Shown here one piece after another: positions 18,233 to 26,700 of a stretch of 47,489 nucleotides of DNA. This DNA is from a bacterium. Its GTDB lineage: Bacteria; Omnitrophota; Gorgyraeia; Gygaellales; Profunditerraquicolaceae. The translations under genes and the position numbers were made by a program. Within the stretch, counting starts at the first letter, position 1, and every line of letters starts with the position of its first letter. The stretch lies in NCBI GenBank assembly GCA_004298075.1, contig SCRK01000215.1, positions 1 through 47,489 on the forward strand, given 5' to 3'. The notes beneath the pieces are model-generated. The model was given only the letters and a program-made list of their open reading frames with translations. It did not search any database and was not told the DNA's origin.

Positions 18233-18985
18233 TTATCCTCCTATAACCACCTTGCTGTAATGAAGCCGGATAAGCCCGGCAAATTCAAGAACCTTATGCT
18301 TCCTATCAGCTTCGGGAATAATGCTGATCTTTCCGGCTGGAGCATAATTAATCCCCAAGCGCGCGTATTTATCTTCGCCAAAGCGGTGATAGGGCAATAA
18401 GTTTATTCCCTCGGCAGAAATATCCCCGGCTAGCTCTGCGATCTTATGCGCCTGTTTTTCGTCCATGTTATAACCAGGGACAAGGGGTACCCTTAAATAA
18501 ATTTTTGCCTTATCAAGGCTGAGCCTTTTCAAATTTTGGAGTATACCGGAATTTCCGGAACCTGTGTATGTATTATGCAAATCAGGATCGAGATGTTTAA
18601 TATCGTACAGATAATAATCCACCAAACCTTTTACCGCCTCAAAATTACTCCAGGGTACCTCGCCGCAAGTCTCAATAGCTGTCCCAATACCATGACCCCT
18701 ACATTCTTTTAAAAGAACTCCCGCAAATTCCGGCTGAAGTAACGGCTCTCCTCCAGAGAGGGTCAATCCGCCTCCGGAATTCAAGAAATACGGCTTGTCT
18801 TCTAAAAGCCATGGGATAACCTCTTCAATTTCAACTTCACGGATAAATTTGTTATCCGGGATAAAAGACTCAGGGTTACAACACCACGCGCATTTCAGAG
18901 AACAGCCATAAAGGAATAAAACCGATCTGATCCCCAGTCCGTCATGTATCGCGTAACGCTGAAAATTAAATATCTTCCCTCTCAT
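18233..18985 (-). CDS. Glycyl-radical-enzyme activating protein (PflA-type radical SAM activase)
   Basis: Contains MRGKIFNFQRYAIHDGLGIRSVLFLYGCSLKCAWCCNPES (CxxxCxxC), LTLSGGEPLLQPEF and VPLVPGYN. I prefer the ATG at 18985, one nt after the GRE stop (TAA-T-ATG). The ORF track extends the frame to 19036, which would overlap the GRE by 50 nt. Confidence 0.85.
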   Translation of the reverse strand: MRGKIFNFQRYAIHDGLGIRSVLFLYGCSLKCAWCCNPESFIPDNKFIREVEIEEVIPWLLEDKPYFLNSGGGLTLSGGEPLLQPEFAGVLLKECRGHGIGTAIETCGEVPWSNFEAVKGLVDYYLYDIKHLDPDLHNTYTGSGNSGILQNLKRLSLDKAKIYLRVPLVPGYNMDEKQAHKIAELAGDISAEGINLLPYHRFGEDKYARLGINYAPAGKISIIPEADRKHKVLEFAGLIRLHYSKVVIGG

Positions 18986-18986
18986 A

Positions 18987-21482
18987 TTAACAGGCCCTGG
19001 CAATAAAATCATCCTGGATCGGTTTGGACAGGTCAATAAACCGCGCGCTGTAGCCTCCGACCCTCACGATAAGGTCTTTATATAAACCAGGATCACTCTG
19101 TGCCTTCTTTAATTCGTCCCGGTCGACAACAGAATATTGCACGGACATCCCCCCAAGCTCAAAATATGTCCGCAATAACGCCCCCCATTTGATCAGATCA
19201 TCATGCCGGGATACGATATTAAACGGCATAACCTGGTTAAAAACGATACCATTGGGCGCTTTCTGCGTATTTATGTCAGCAGCTGCATTATGCGTGGCAG
19301 TATAGCCTAAAGCTTCGGCGTATTGAGAAGGGGCAACCGAACCCGAAAGCATCTCGCGGGCAAATCTCCCGTCAGGCGTTGCCGATACATCCTCCCCCAA
19401 TACCAAGTATATACCCATTGAAAATAAACCGATCACGAATTTAGCTTCAACATCCCCTCTTTTAATCCTATGCTTTTCATATTCTGAAGAAAAATTATCT
19501 ACAAGCCACTTTGCCCAAAATTGAGCCCTTTTACCCGAAGCTCCATAACGGCTAAGGCTAAGGGATATATTACGCAATCCTTCAAACCCCTTCCAATTTG
19601 CCTCTAACGCCAAGAGTAATTCATTCATTGAGCAGCTCTTCCTTTTGAATACAAGCTCTTCAATTGCCATTAAAGAATCAGCTGCCGTAGCCAGGCCTAC
19701 CCCTACAGCCCCGATCCAGTTATACCGGCAGCCTCCTCCCGCGTAATCAAAGCCGTTACTCCTCGGTCCCGGATGCATAAGGCTTAAATAAGGATTAGTC
19801 AGGGTATCTGAAAAATGCCGCTCTACCAAACTATTCATTAACACATTCATTTCTACGGCATAGCGTAATTGCTTGATGAATGCAGAGCTAAACTCATCCA
19901 TTACCTTAAAAGAATCTGCCTTACCTGAATTTGGCCCTACTTGAGCATTATTCATTGGATTTATGCCGTTATACAAAGTTAACTCAACTACCTTTGCCAA
20001 ATTAAAGAAACCGGCATTATTATGCCCGTTAGTATCAGCGGATACCGGAGAACTATTAGGGTCGGTAATGTTCTCCTGGCAGCCCAAGTCCGCGTAATGC
20101 CTTGCGTCCTCTAAAAGCACTCCCGCGTGCGAAACTAAAGACGGGATTATCACATCATCATTGATAAATTGAGGTAATCCGCTGCCCAGACGCACCACCT
20201 CTAACGCACTATCAACTAAGGCTTGCGGGGTTCCCTTATGGAGCCTTAGCGAAAGATTCGGCTCTTTCAAATGAACATGCGCCTGTGCCTCTAAAAACCT
20301 ATAGGTGAGCTCATTAGTAATATCATTGCCCTTCTCATCTATTCCGCCTAATGTTATTTTATCATTAGTCCTGTCTCCGGCTAAACCCCTTCCTGTTTTT
20401 TCATCCCTTACGGACTGATATTCATAACATTTAAGGAAAAAACATTCTAAAAGCTCCTGCGCCTTTTCTTTTTCTTCAGAAGCCTTTACCCATTTCTTAT
20501 ATAAGGGATAGAGGTAATAATCCATTCTCCCGAGTGAATGGGAAACCCCCGACTCAGTAAGGAAATTGGTCATATGCATAAAATGTATCGCTTGCAAAGC
20601 CTCCCACCAAGATCTGGCGGGGAATTCAGGGACTTTTTTGCATATATCAGCTATAGCCATTAATTCTTTTTTCTTTTCCGGGGCAGCTGAAAGGCTTTTT
20701 TCTTCGTATACTTTAGCGCAGCGCCTGGCATAAAGCATCACCGCCTCCGCACAGATGATCATCGCCTCATACATCTCTAAACGCCGGCTATCTTTTTCTG
20801 ACCCTAAGTTTTTCGCAAGCTTATCCCTCCGGCAGATTATTTCATTTTTTATTTCTTTTAACCCTTTGGTGACCACGCTATTGTAATCCTCTACGGTGTG
20901 CGAAAAACCTTTGCCAAAATTAGTCATAAATACCTGGGCTTTATTAATGAACTCCAACTCTTGGGGATAAGAGGCTTCCATATCTTTATATATATAAGCG
21001 CCTAAATACTTATCCTTCCAGTATGGCAGTATTTCCTCTTCAAGTATTCTTAAATCCTCCTGAGAAATTTCTACGGGCTGGATACCGCGCAGCGGCAGGT
21101 TGCGTAATTGCGTCCCGGGCCTGTTCTTAGAATCGCTCGATAGCCAGCCGGTATAATATTCCGGGTCAATCTCAATAGCCCCGTAGAAAGATATCGCGCT
21201 TCCGGCGATGAGCTGATCTTCAATGACCGGAATAGGAATGTTTTCAAGAACATAATAAAAAGCTTTTGCCTTGCGGATTGCCGCAGGTTCTGCCTCGTTC
21301 TTCCGATATCCGTCTGTAAATAATCTGGCCCGATGAATAGAAATCTCAGGGATCCTGGTTCCCAACAAAAATTTTTTTATCCGCTGAATACGCAGTTCTG
21401 CCTCAGAAGACCATTTAAGCACAAGATTATCCAGGAAATTTTCGCTCATAATATCAACATTACCTTGCTGTGTATCCGCCAT
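18987..21482 (-). CDS. Glycyl radical enzyme, PFL2/glycerol-dehydratase-like (eliminase-type Cys loop)
   Basis: 831 aa. The N-terminal block reads IHRARLFTDGYRKNEAEPAAIRKAKAFYYVLENIPIPVIEDQLIAG. The Cys loop is ADLGCQENITD (Cys with Glu at +2). Also has AGFFNLAKVVELTLYNG and the C-terminal glycine-radical motif DLIVRVGGYSARFIDL. An alternative start is M12 at 21449, which would remove the 23-nt overlap with the upstream SDR. Confidence 0.9.
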   Translation of the reverse strand: MADTQQGNVDIMSENFLDNLVLKWSSEAELRIQRIKKFLLGTRIPEISIHRARLFTDGYRKNEAEPAAIRKAKAFYYVLENIPIPVIEDQLIAGSAISFYGAIEIDPEYYTGWLSSDSKNRPGTQLRNLPLRGIQPVEISQEDLRILEEEILPYWKDKYLGAYIYKDMEASYPQELEFINKAQVFMTNFGKGFSHTVEDYNSVVTKGLKEIKNEIICRRDKLAKNLGSEKDSRRLEMYEAMIICAEAVMLYARRCAKVYEEKSLSAAPEKKKELMAIADICKKVPEFPARSWWEALQAIHFMHMTNFLTESGVSHSLGRMDYYLYPLYKKWVKASEEKEKAQELLECFFLKCYEYQSVRDEKTGRGLAGDRTNDKITLGGIDEKGNDITNELTYRFLEAQAHVHLKEPNLSLRLHKGTPQALVDSALEVVRLGSGLPQFINDDVIIPSLVSHAGVLLEDARHYADLGCQENITDPNSSPVSADTNGHNNAGFFNLAKVVELTLYNGINPMNNAQVGPNSGKADSFKVMDEFSSAFIKQLRYAVEMNVLMNSLVERHFSDTLTNPYLSLMHPGPRSNGFDYAGGGCRYNWIGAVGVGLATAADSLMAIEELVFKRKSCSMNELLLALEANWKGFEGLRNISLSLSRYGASGKRAQFWAKWLVDNFSSEYEKHRIKRGDVEAKFVIGLFSMGIYLVLGEDVSATPDGRFAREMLSGSVAPSQYAEALGYTATHNAAADINTQKAPNGIVFNQVMPFNIVSRHDDLIKWGALLRTYFELGGMSVQYSVVDRDELKKAQSDPGLYKDLIVRVGGYSARFIDLSKPIQDDFIARAC

Positions 21483-22221
21483 CCAAAGCTATATTCTGCC
21501 CGGTCATCCAGCTAGCCTTATCCGAGATCAGATACATGGCTAGATCCGCTACCTCCTCCGGAGTTCCGCCACGGCCGATTGGATGCCAGCCATGCCTTGC
21601 TTTAAGCGTGGCCTTGGGGTCTTCTGTTGCATCCACTAATTTCATACTCATCTCGGTTTGAACCCAGCCAGGGCATATCGAATTAACCCTCACTTTTCCC
21701 GCCAAATCTAAAGCCAGGGCACGCACAAAGTTTGCTACGCCTCCTTTTACCGTACAGTAAGCCAGGCGGTTTTCTTTTCCTTTTAAGCCGAAAATGGAGC
21801 CGATAACCAGGATATTGGCATTCTTTGACTTCTTTAAACCGGCCAATGCCTGCCTGCAACACAAAAATAAGGAATCCAAATGCTGGCTCTGCAGATCCTT
21901 CCAGTTCTCAAAAGAAGTATCAAGCAGACTCCCTGGGATTGCCCTGCCGATGGAAACTACCAGGGTATCAATCCTACCATCCTTGTTGATTATCTCATCA
22001 GCAGTTTTCTTAACTTGGAGATAATCAACGGCATCACAGACGGATACTCTGGCTGAACCGTGTTTCCTTTTGATGATCCCTGCCGTTTCATTAAGATTAA
22101 CTATATTTCTGCCTGAAATCCAGACTTTAGCGCCTTCAAGCGCTGTCTTAACTGAAATAGCCCTGCCTATTCCGCTTCCACCGCCTACTACCCAGACTGT
22201 GCGATTCTTTAAATTATTCAT
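21460..22221 (-). CDS. Classical short-chain dehydrogenase/reductase (FabG-like)
   Basis: 253 aa. Contains VWVVGGGSGIGRAI (TGxxxGIG-type), NANILVIGS, YCTVK (YxxxK) and NSICPGWV. Confidence 0.85.
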   Translation of the reverse strand: MNNLKNRTVWVVGGGSGIGRAISVKTALEGAKVWISGRNIVNLNETAGIIKRKHGSARVSVCDAVDYLQVKKTADEIINKDGRIDTLVVSIGRAIPGSLLDTSFENWKDLQSQHLDSLFLCCRQALAGLKKSKNANILVIGSIFGLKGKENRLAYCTVKGGVANFVRALALDLAGKVRVNSICPGWVQTEMSMKLVDATEDPKATLKARHGWHPIGRGGTPEEVADLAMYLISDKASWMTGQNIALDGGYTAR

Positions 22222-23006
22222 TTTAATATCCTTTCAAAGGGTTCAGTAAATCCGATATTTTCCTCTTTTAAACGCCAGCGGATCTCTTTAGGCAGATCAG
22301 TTATTATCTCTGTTTTTCTTCTCCCCTTCTCAATACATACTACTGTAAAACAAACCTGATCAAAAGGCATGGTAACCGATTTATCGCACTTGCCGAAATA
22401 TCCCTTTGCAAGAACAACTGCCGGTTTCAGGTCATCCTTTAAGAAACCGAATACTTCCGCCGCATCAGCCAGGACGTAAGGAACCTTCGTTTCTTTATCC
22501 TCCACCGGTTTATTGCTGTGGAACCGGTCTTTGAGCACCATATATGAATCAGCTTCATTAAATGTATAACTTTTTGGCAAAAGGCGAGGCAGATCAAGAA
22601 GGCAATATCTCTTGGATACGCGATAACATTCCTTAATGAAACTCCTGTAATCAGGCACATGGTTTAATACGCCCAGAGAAACTACTAGATCAAAAGAATT
22701 ATCGGCAAATTCAATTTTTTTCCCTGAAGTAACCCTGAAATCAGCTCCAGGAAAGACCTTCTTTGCAGCATCTACCATCCCTTCGGATACGTCAATACCA
22801 GTATATTTAATCTTTGGGTTTACGGTACGGATTATATTGTAGAAACCTCCGGCAGCGCAGCCAACATCCAATACCGACCTGGCTTTATATAAAAGCGGGA
22901 AAAAGAAAACTCTCTCGGATTCATAGATATCTTCCGGCTTATTCCTCAATTGCTCATAATAGCCGATTGCTTCATCTAAATCCCAAGCTTTAAAGTTTTG
23001 CCCCAT
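22218..23006 (-). CDS. Class I SAM-dependent methyltransferase
   Basis: 262 aa. Contains SVLDVGCAAGGF (motif I), YTGIDVSEGMV and FDLVVSLGVLNHV. Confidence 0.75.
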   Translation of the reverse strand: MGQNFKAWDLDEAIGYYEQLRNKPEDIYESERVFFFPLLYKARSVLDVGCAAGGFYNIIRTVNPKIKYTGIDVSEGMVDAAKKVFPGADFRVTSGKKIEFADNSFDLVVSLGVLNHVPDYRSFIKECYRVSKRYCLLDLPRLLPKSYTFNEADSYMVLKDRFHSNKPVEDKETKVPYVLADAAEVFGFLKDDLKPAVVLAKGYFGKCDKSVTMPFDQVCFTVVCIEKGRRKTEIITDLPKEIRWRLKEENIGFTEPFERILK

Positions 23007-24108
23007 TCAAACTCCTTTCGATTATATCCATAGCCTTATTCATCAGATCTTCGGGTCCTAAAGTTATCCTTAAGTGCCTAACGGCAGGATAATGGAACGG
23101 GCCTTTCAGAAGCAATCCTTCTTTAGCGGCAGCATCCACAACCGATTTTACCGTATCCGCATCTTTCAATTGCAATAGGATTGAGTTTCCTGCTTGGCCG
23201 TGTGTGGGTATATTAAGTTTTTTCGCCCGATCTGTTACAGCTTTCCTGCCGAGCTTGACTTCTTTGACGTAATCTTCAACAATATCCATTCTTGTCAGGA
23301 AAAATTCTATCAACTTGACAGCCACTCCGTTTATTTCGGAAATCGGCTTGACTTTCTTTAAATCCGCGATTCGCTGCACGTTAGATACAATAAGACCGGC
23401 TCGCAGCCCCGCCATACCGAAAGCTTTGGAAAAGCTCCTGGTTACGATAAGGTTAGGGTATTGACCGATCAAACCTATAACTGTTTCTGGATAAAAATAG
23501 TGGTAAGCTTCGTCAATAACCACTAAGAAATCTTTCTTCTGCGAAAGTTTAAGAATGGCCCCTAACTCTTCTTTGCTAAAAATCCGCTCTATCGGCTGAT
23601 TCGGATTGGGCAAGCATACGATCCTGGTGCGCTCTGTGATGGCGTTTAAGATATTCTCAAAAGGCAAAGAAAGATCATCGGAGAACCCAACTTCCACGGC
23701 CTTTGCGCCAAACATCTGCGCGTATATTGGATACATGGCATAACTTGGAGAAATCAATAAAGCTTCATCACCTGACCCGATATATACCTCAAAGATTGTC
23801 TTTAACGCCACATCAGACCCGTGGCTCAAAAGCAGGCATTTTGGGCTTACCCCTAAAATAATTGAAAGTTTGTCGTAAAGAGGGCCAATCTCCGGATAGG
23901 ACATAATCAGCTCTGGTGTAATAATCTTTTGTATCTCTTTCCATAACGGTCCCGGCCAATTAGAAGTGCGCTCGTTTCTATCCAAACGTACCTTATCCAG
24001 TCTATCAAGATAAGGCATATCTAAACGTTCAATTTTTTCTAAATGCGTCTTCGCTTTCATCAAATTTATCCTCCGAATCAATATTTCGCCCTTTTCTTGC
24101 GAACACAT
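22990..24108 (-). CDS. Class I/II PLP-dependent enzyme of the HisC/CobD (histidinol-phosphate aminotransferase / phospho-amino-acid decarboxylase) family
   Basis: 372 aa. Contains VRLDRNERTSNWP, VVIDEAYHYF and TRSFSKAFGMAGLRAGL (PLP lysine). The true start is probably M17 (24060) or M31, which would reduce the 80-nt overlap with the upstream gene. Confidence 0.8.
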   Translation of the reverse strand: MCSQEKGEILIRRINLMKAKTHLEKIERLDMPYLDRLDKVRLDRNERTSNWPGPLWKEIQKIITPELIMSYPEIGPLYDKLSIILGVSPKCLLLSHGSDVALKTIFEVYIGSGDEALLISPSYAMYPIYAQMFGAKAVEVGFSDDLSLPFENILNAITERTRIVCLPNPNQPIERIFSKEELGAILKLSQKKDFLVVIDEAYHYFYPETVIGLIGQYPNLIVTRSFSKAFGMAGLRAGLIVSNVQRIADLKKVKPISEINGVAVKLIEFFLTRMDIVEDYVKEVKLGRKAVTDRAKKLNIPTHGQAGNSILLQLKDADTVKSVVDAAAKEGLLLKGPFHYPAVRHLRITLGPEDLMNKAMDIIERSLNGAKL

Positions 24109-25168
24109 CCATATAATTACCCTTTAAAATCCCCATGAGATTCAAAACTTTCATCACGGCAGTTGTTATAAGCATAATTGGATATAAGGCAAGTACTATA
24201 ATTTTGTGATTGATAAAGCAATGCCGATGTAAGAAATTCTTATTAAATAACTTTTTCCAGAATTCCGTTGCTGTTACGTCTATACAATTGTGAAAAATCT
24301 CCACCTTTTCAAATCCAGCAGCACGCAAAGCGTAGGTTATGGATTTTGAACTAAATAACGACACATGACCGAGGCTAGACATACTGTTATCATTTTTTAA
24401 AAAAGAAAACGCAAAAGAATCTGAAGCTGGAAAAGACAAATATACGATTCCTCCCGGTTTTAACCACTTATAGAATTTTTGTAAATAAGCCACGGGCTCT
24501 AAAAGATGTTCTAATGTTTGATTCGAATAAATTATATCAAACTTTTCTAAAAAAACCGATTCGTCTAACTCGTGGAGATATAATATTCTTTCTCCTTTAA
24601 AATCTTTCAGACGATTTCTTGCTCTTTGAATCCTATAGTCATCAATATCTACGCCATATATATCGTATATCTGCTCTGCCTTGGCAAGTAAACGGCCTGT
24701 TCCGCATCCATAATCTAAGAAAACTCCTGCCTTTTGCCTACCCCTTAATCGTTCCAATACCGGATAAGACTCAGGTAACGATTCATCTATATATCCATAT
24801 TTTATTTGTTTTTCATACCACCATTTATCTAAGCCGCCATAGCCAGTAACATATATCTCACTATAGCAGTCTTCCGAAGGAAGCGGATTCATATATACAA
24901 AATCACAGCAGGAACACTTATAATATTTGCATCCATCAATTTCACTTTTATCTAGCACTAAGAAGGTCTTATCTGAATGACAAATAGGGCATTTCCTGTA
25001 TTTCAACAAATCCTTCGAGCTCCATTCCATGAATTTCTTTCGAGAATATTCGTAAAAATCAATGAGAAACTTGCATGCAAAAACATAAAGATCTTTATCC
25101 TTATACGTCCTCATTGAATTAATGGTAAGTTCATGCAGCCTCTTTAGCTTATTGGTTACTTTCACCAT
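24029..25168 (-). CDS. Class I SAM-dependent methyltransferase with an N-terminal Cys4 zinc ribbon
   Basis: 379 aa. Has CPICHSDK...YYKCSCCDFVYMNP (zinc ribbon), VFLDYGCGTGRLL (motif I) and LKPGGIVYLSFP. Confidence 0.75.
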   Translation of the reverse strand: MVKVTNKLKRLHELTINSMRTYKDKDLYVFACKFLIDFYEYSRKKFMEWSSKDLLKYRKCPICHSDKTFLVLDKSEIDGCKYYKCSCCDFVYMNPLPSEDCYSEIYVTGYGGLDKWWYEKQIKYGYIDESLPESYPVLERLRGRQKAGVFLDYGCGTGRLLAKAEQIYDIYGVDIDDYRIQRARNRLKDFKGERILYLHELDESVFLEKFDIIYSNQTLEHLLEPVAYLQKFYKWLKPGGIVYLSFPASDSFAFSFLKNDNSMSSLGHVSLFSSKSITYALRAAGFEKVEIFHNCIDVTATEFWKKLFNKNFLHRHCFINHKIIVLALYPIMLITTAVMKVLNLMGILKGNYMDVFARKGRNIDSEDKFDESEDAFRKN

Positions 25169-26700
25169 TTAATCCTTTTCTTGAATATTCCCATATTAAA
25201 TAATATTTTCATATCGTTTTCCGCAATCCCGAATATTTTCGGCCAAAAATAGAGCAACGGCAACAGAGCTAAAGTATATAGAGCCAATTCCAATGCAAAA
25301 TTAACGAGAAATTTATAGTATAGCCCAAAAATATTATCGCCAACAAAAGTTACCAGGAATGCTAATATCCATAGAACCAAGATGCTTAATGTCTGTTGAA
25401 CCAAAGATCTCCAAAATGAGAAACCAAGATGCTTCGCATTAAAGTAAAGTTGCACGTTAACTGCAACCACAGCCATTAAAATAGTTTTAATCGCTAATCC
25501 TTTCGCCCCTAAATTCAATCCCAGCATAGATATAGGAGCTATCAGGAAATATGTTGCCGGCACTCCAATGAGCATAAATACAATACCAATATTTCTATAT
25601 AATCTAGTCTGCCCGGTAACGTAGAATACAGAACCGCTCAGTTGGCCATAAGTCTGATATATAGGAAAAAAAGAAAGAATCGCAATCACCGCTGCTGCAT
25701 CAGCATATTTCGCTCCACCAAATAAATAAACGATTTTATGCGCTTGGACACTGATAAAACATGCTAAAAAAGCAGTTATTGCACAAAATAATGGGACCTG
25801 TCGCTTAAAAAGAGCTTGCATTCTTTCGATATTATTATCTTGAGAGGCGATTGCAAATTCCCTCATGAATAATGGGGTCATGGTCCCGCTAAAAATAAAA
25901 CATAAAGCGCATAATTGTAGCGAAAACCCGTAAAAACCTTGCTGGATACTTCCGCCGTAAATCTGCAATAGCCATCGATCAAATATGCCCGTAACCATAG
26001 CGAATAAACTATATACTGCTAAAGGATGTGCATATGTATAAAACTCATTAATATACTTCTTAACTTCCGAAAGGCGTAATTTAGAATTTTTTAAAATCTC
26101 ATAATCATATTTTTTTATCACCAGCCCAAAAATAACTATTAGCAGAAACATGACCGCGTAGTTATATAAAAAGTAAGTAAAGAGATTTAATTTAGTGCTT
26201 AAAAATAATGCTGCTATTAATACTAAACCTATAACTTTCTGCAGAAGTTTTCCTATTTCTGCCGCTACAGTAAATCCATATGCATCTGTTATCTGATTTA
26301 TTATGCTAGCCACCCAGGTAAGTAGCGCAAAAAATACGGCCATATAAACGTAATATAACTTTTGATCCGGCCAAAGAATAGGATATACACCCCATAATCT
26401 AGCAATAATAACGAAAATTAATATTGATACCCCGACCAAACCCATAAAATAACCATAAAAAGAAACAAGTTTGTATTCTTTCGGCTTTTGCGAAAGCTTA
26501 GTATAAAAACAAATTGATGTGCCCATATCAAAAAAACTTAGTAACTGATTGAAGAAATTTGTCAGAAAGCTGAAATCGCCATATACTTTCGGACCGAGCC
26601 ACCTGGGAACAATAGCCTGATGCACCATGCCAATAAATAGCCCTGCTACATTAGTTGATAATTTATAAAAATACCTTTTTTTTAATGAATCTTTAATCAT
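25162..26700 (-). CDS. Wzx-type oligosaccharide/polysaccharide flippase (MOP superfamily)
   Basis: 512 aa with about 12-14 hydrophobic helices. The N-terminus AGLFIGMVHQAIVPRWLGPKVYGDFSFL is typical of polysaccharide-biosynthesis flippases. Confidence 0.75.
   Translation of the reverse strand: MIKDSLKKRYFYKLSTNVAGLFIGMVHQAIVPRWLGPKVYGDFSFLTNFFNQLLSFFDMGTSICFYTKLSQKPKEYKLVSFYGYFMGLVGVSILIFVIIARLWGVYPILWPDQKLYYVYMAVFFALLTWVASIINQITDAYGFTVAAEIGKLLQKVIGLVLIAALFLSTKLNLFTYFLYNYAVMFLLIVIFGLVIKKYDYEILKNSKLRLSEVKKYINEFYTYAHPLAVYSLFAMVTGIFDRWLLQIYGGSIQQGFYGFSLQLCALCFIFSGTMTPLFMREFAIASQDNNIERMQALFKRQVPLFCAITAFLACFISVQAHKIVYLFGGAKYADAAAVIAILSFFPIYQTYGQLSGSVFYVTGQTRLYRNIGIVFMLIGVPATYFLIAPISMLGLNLGAKGLAIKTILMAVVAVNVQLYFNAKHLGFSFWRSLVQQTLSILVLWILAFLVTFVGDNIFGLYYKFLVNFALELALYTLALLPLLYFWPKIFGIAENDMKILFNMGIFKKRIKW

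Noticed and set aside
18986-19036. Longer 267-aa version of the activase starting at 19036
   Set aside because: It would overlap the GRE C-terminus by 50 nt and add a non-conserved MTCPNRSRMILLPGPVN extension. The ATG at 18985 gives the usual PflA-type N-terminus and a TAA-T-ATG junction. The longer version is kept only as an alternative.
18233-21482. GRE as part of a catabolic microcompartment or fermentation locus
   Set aside because: There are no BMC shell proteins, aldehyde/alcohol dehydrogenases, phosphotransacylase or transporters anywhere in the window. All neighbours are glycan-biosynthesis genes.
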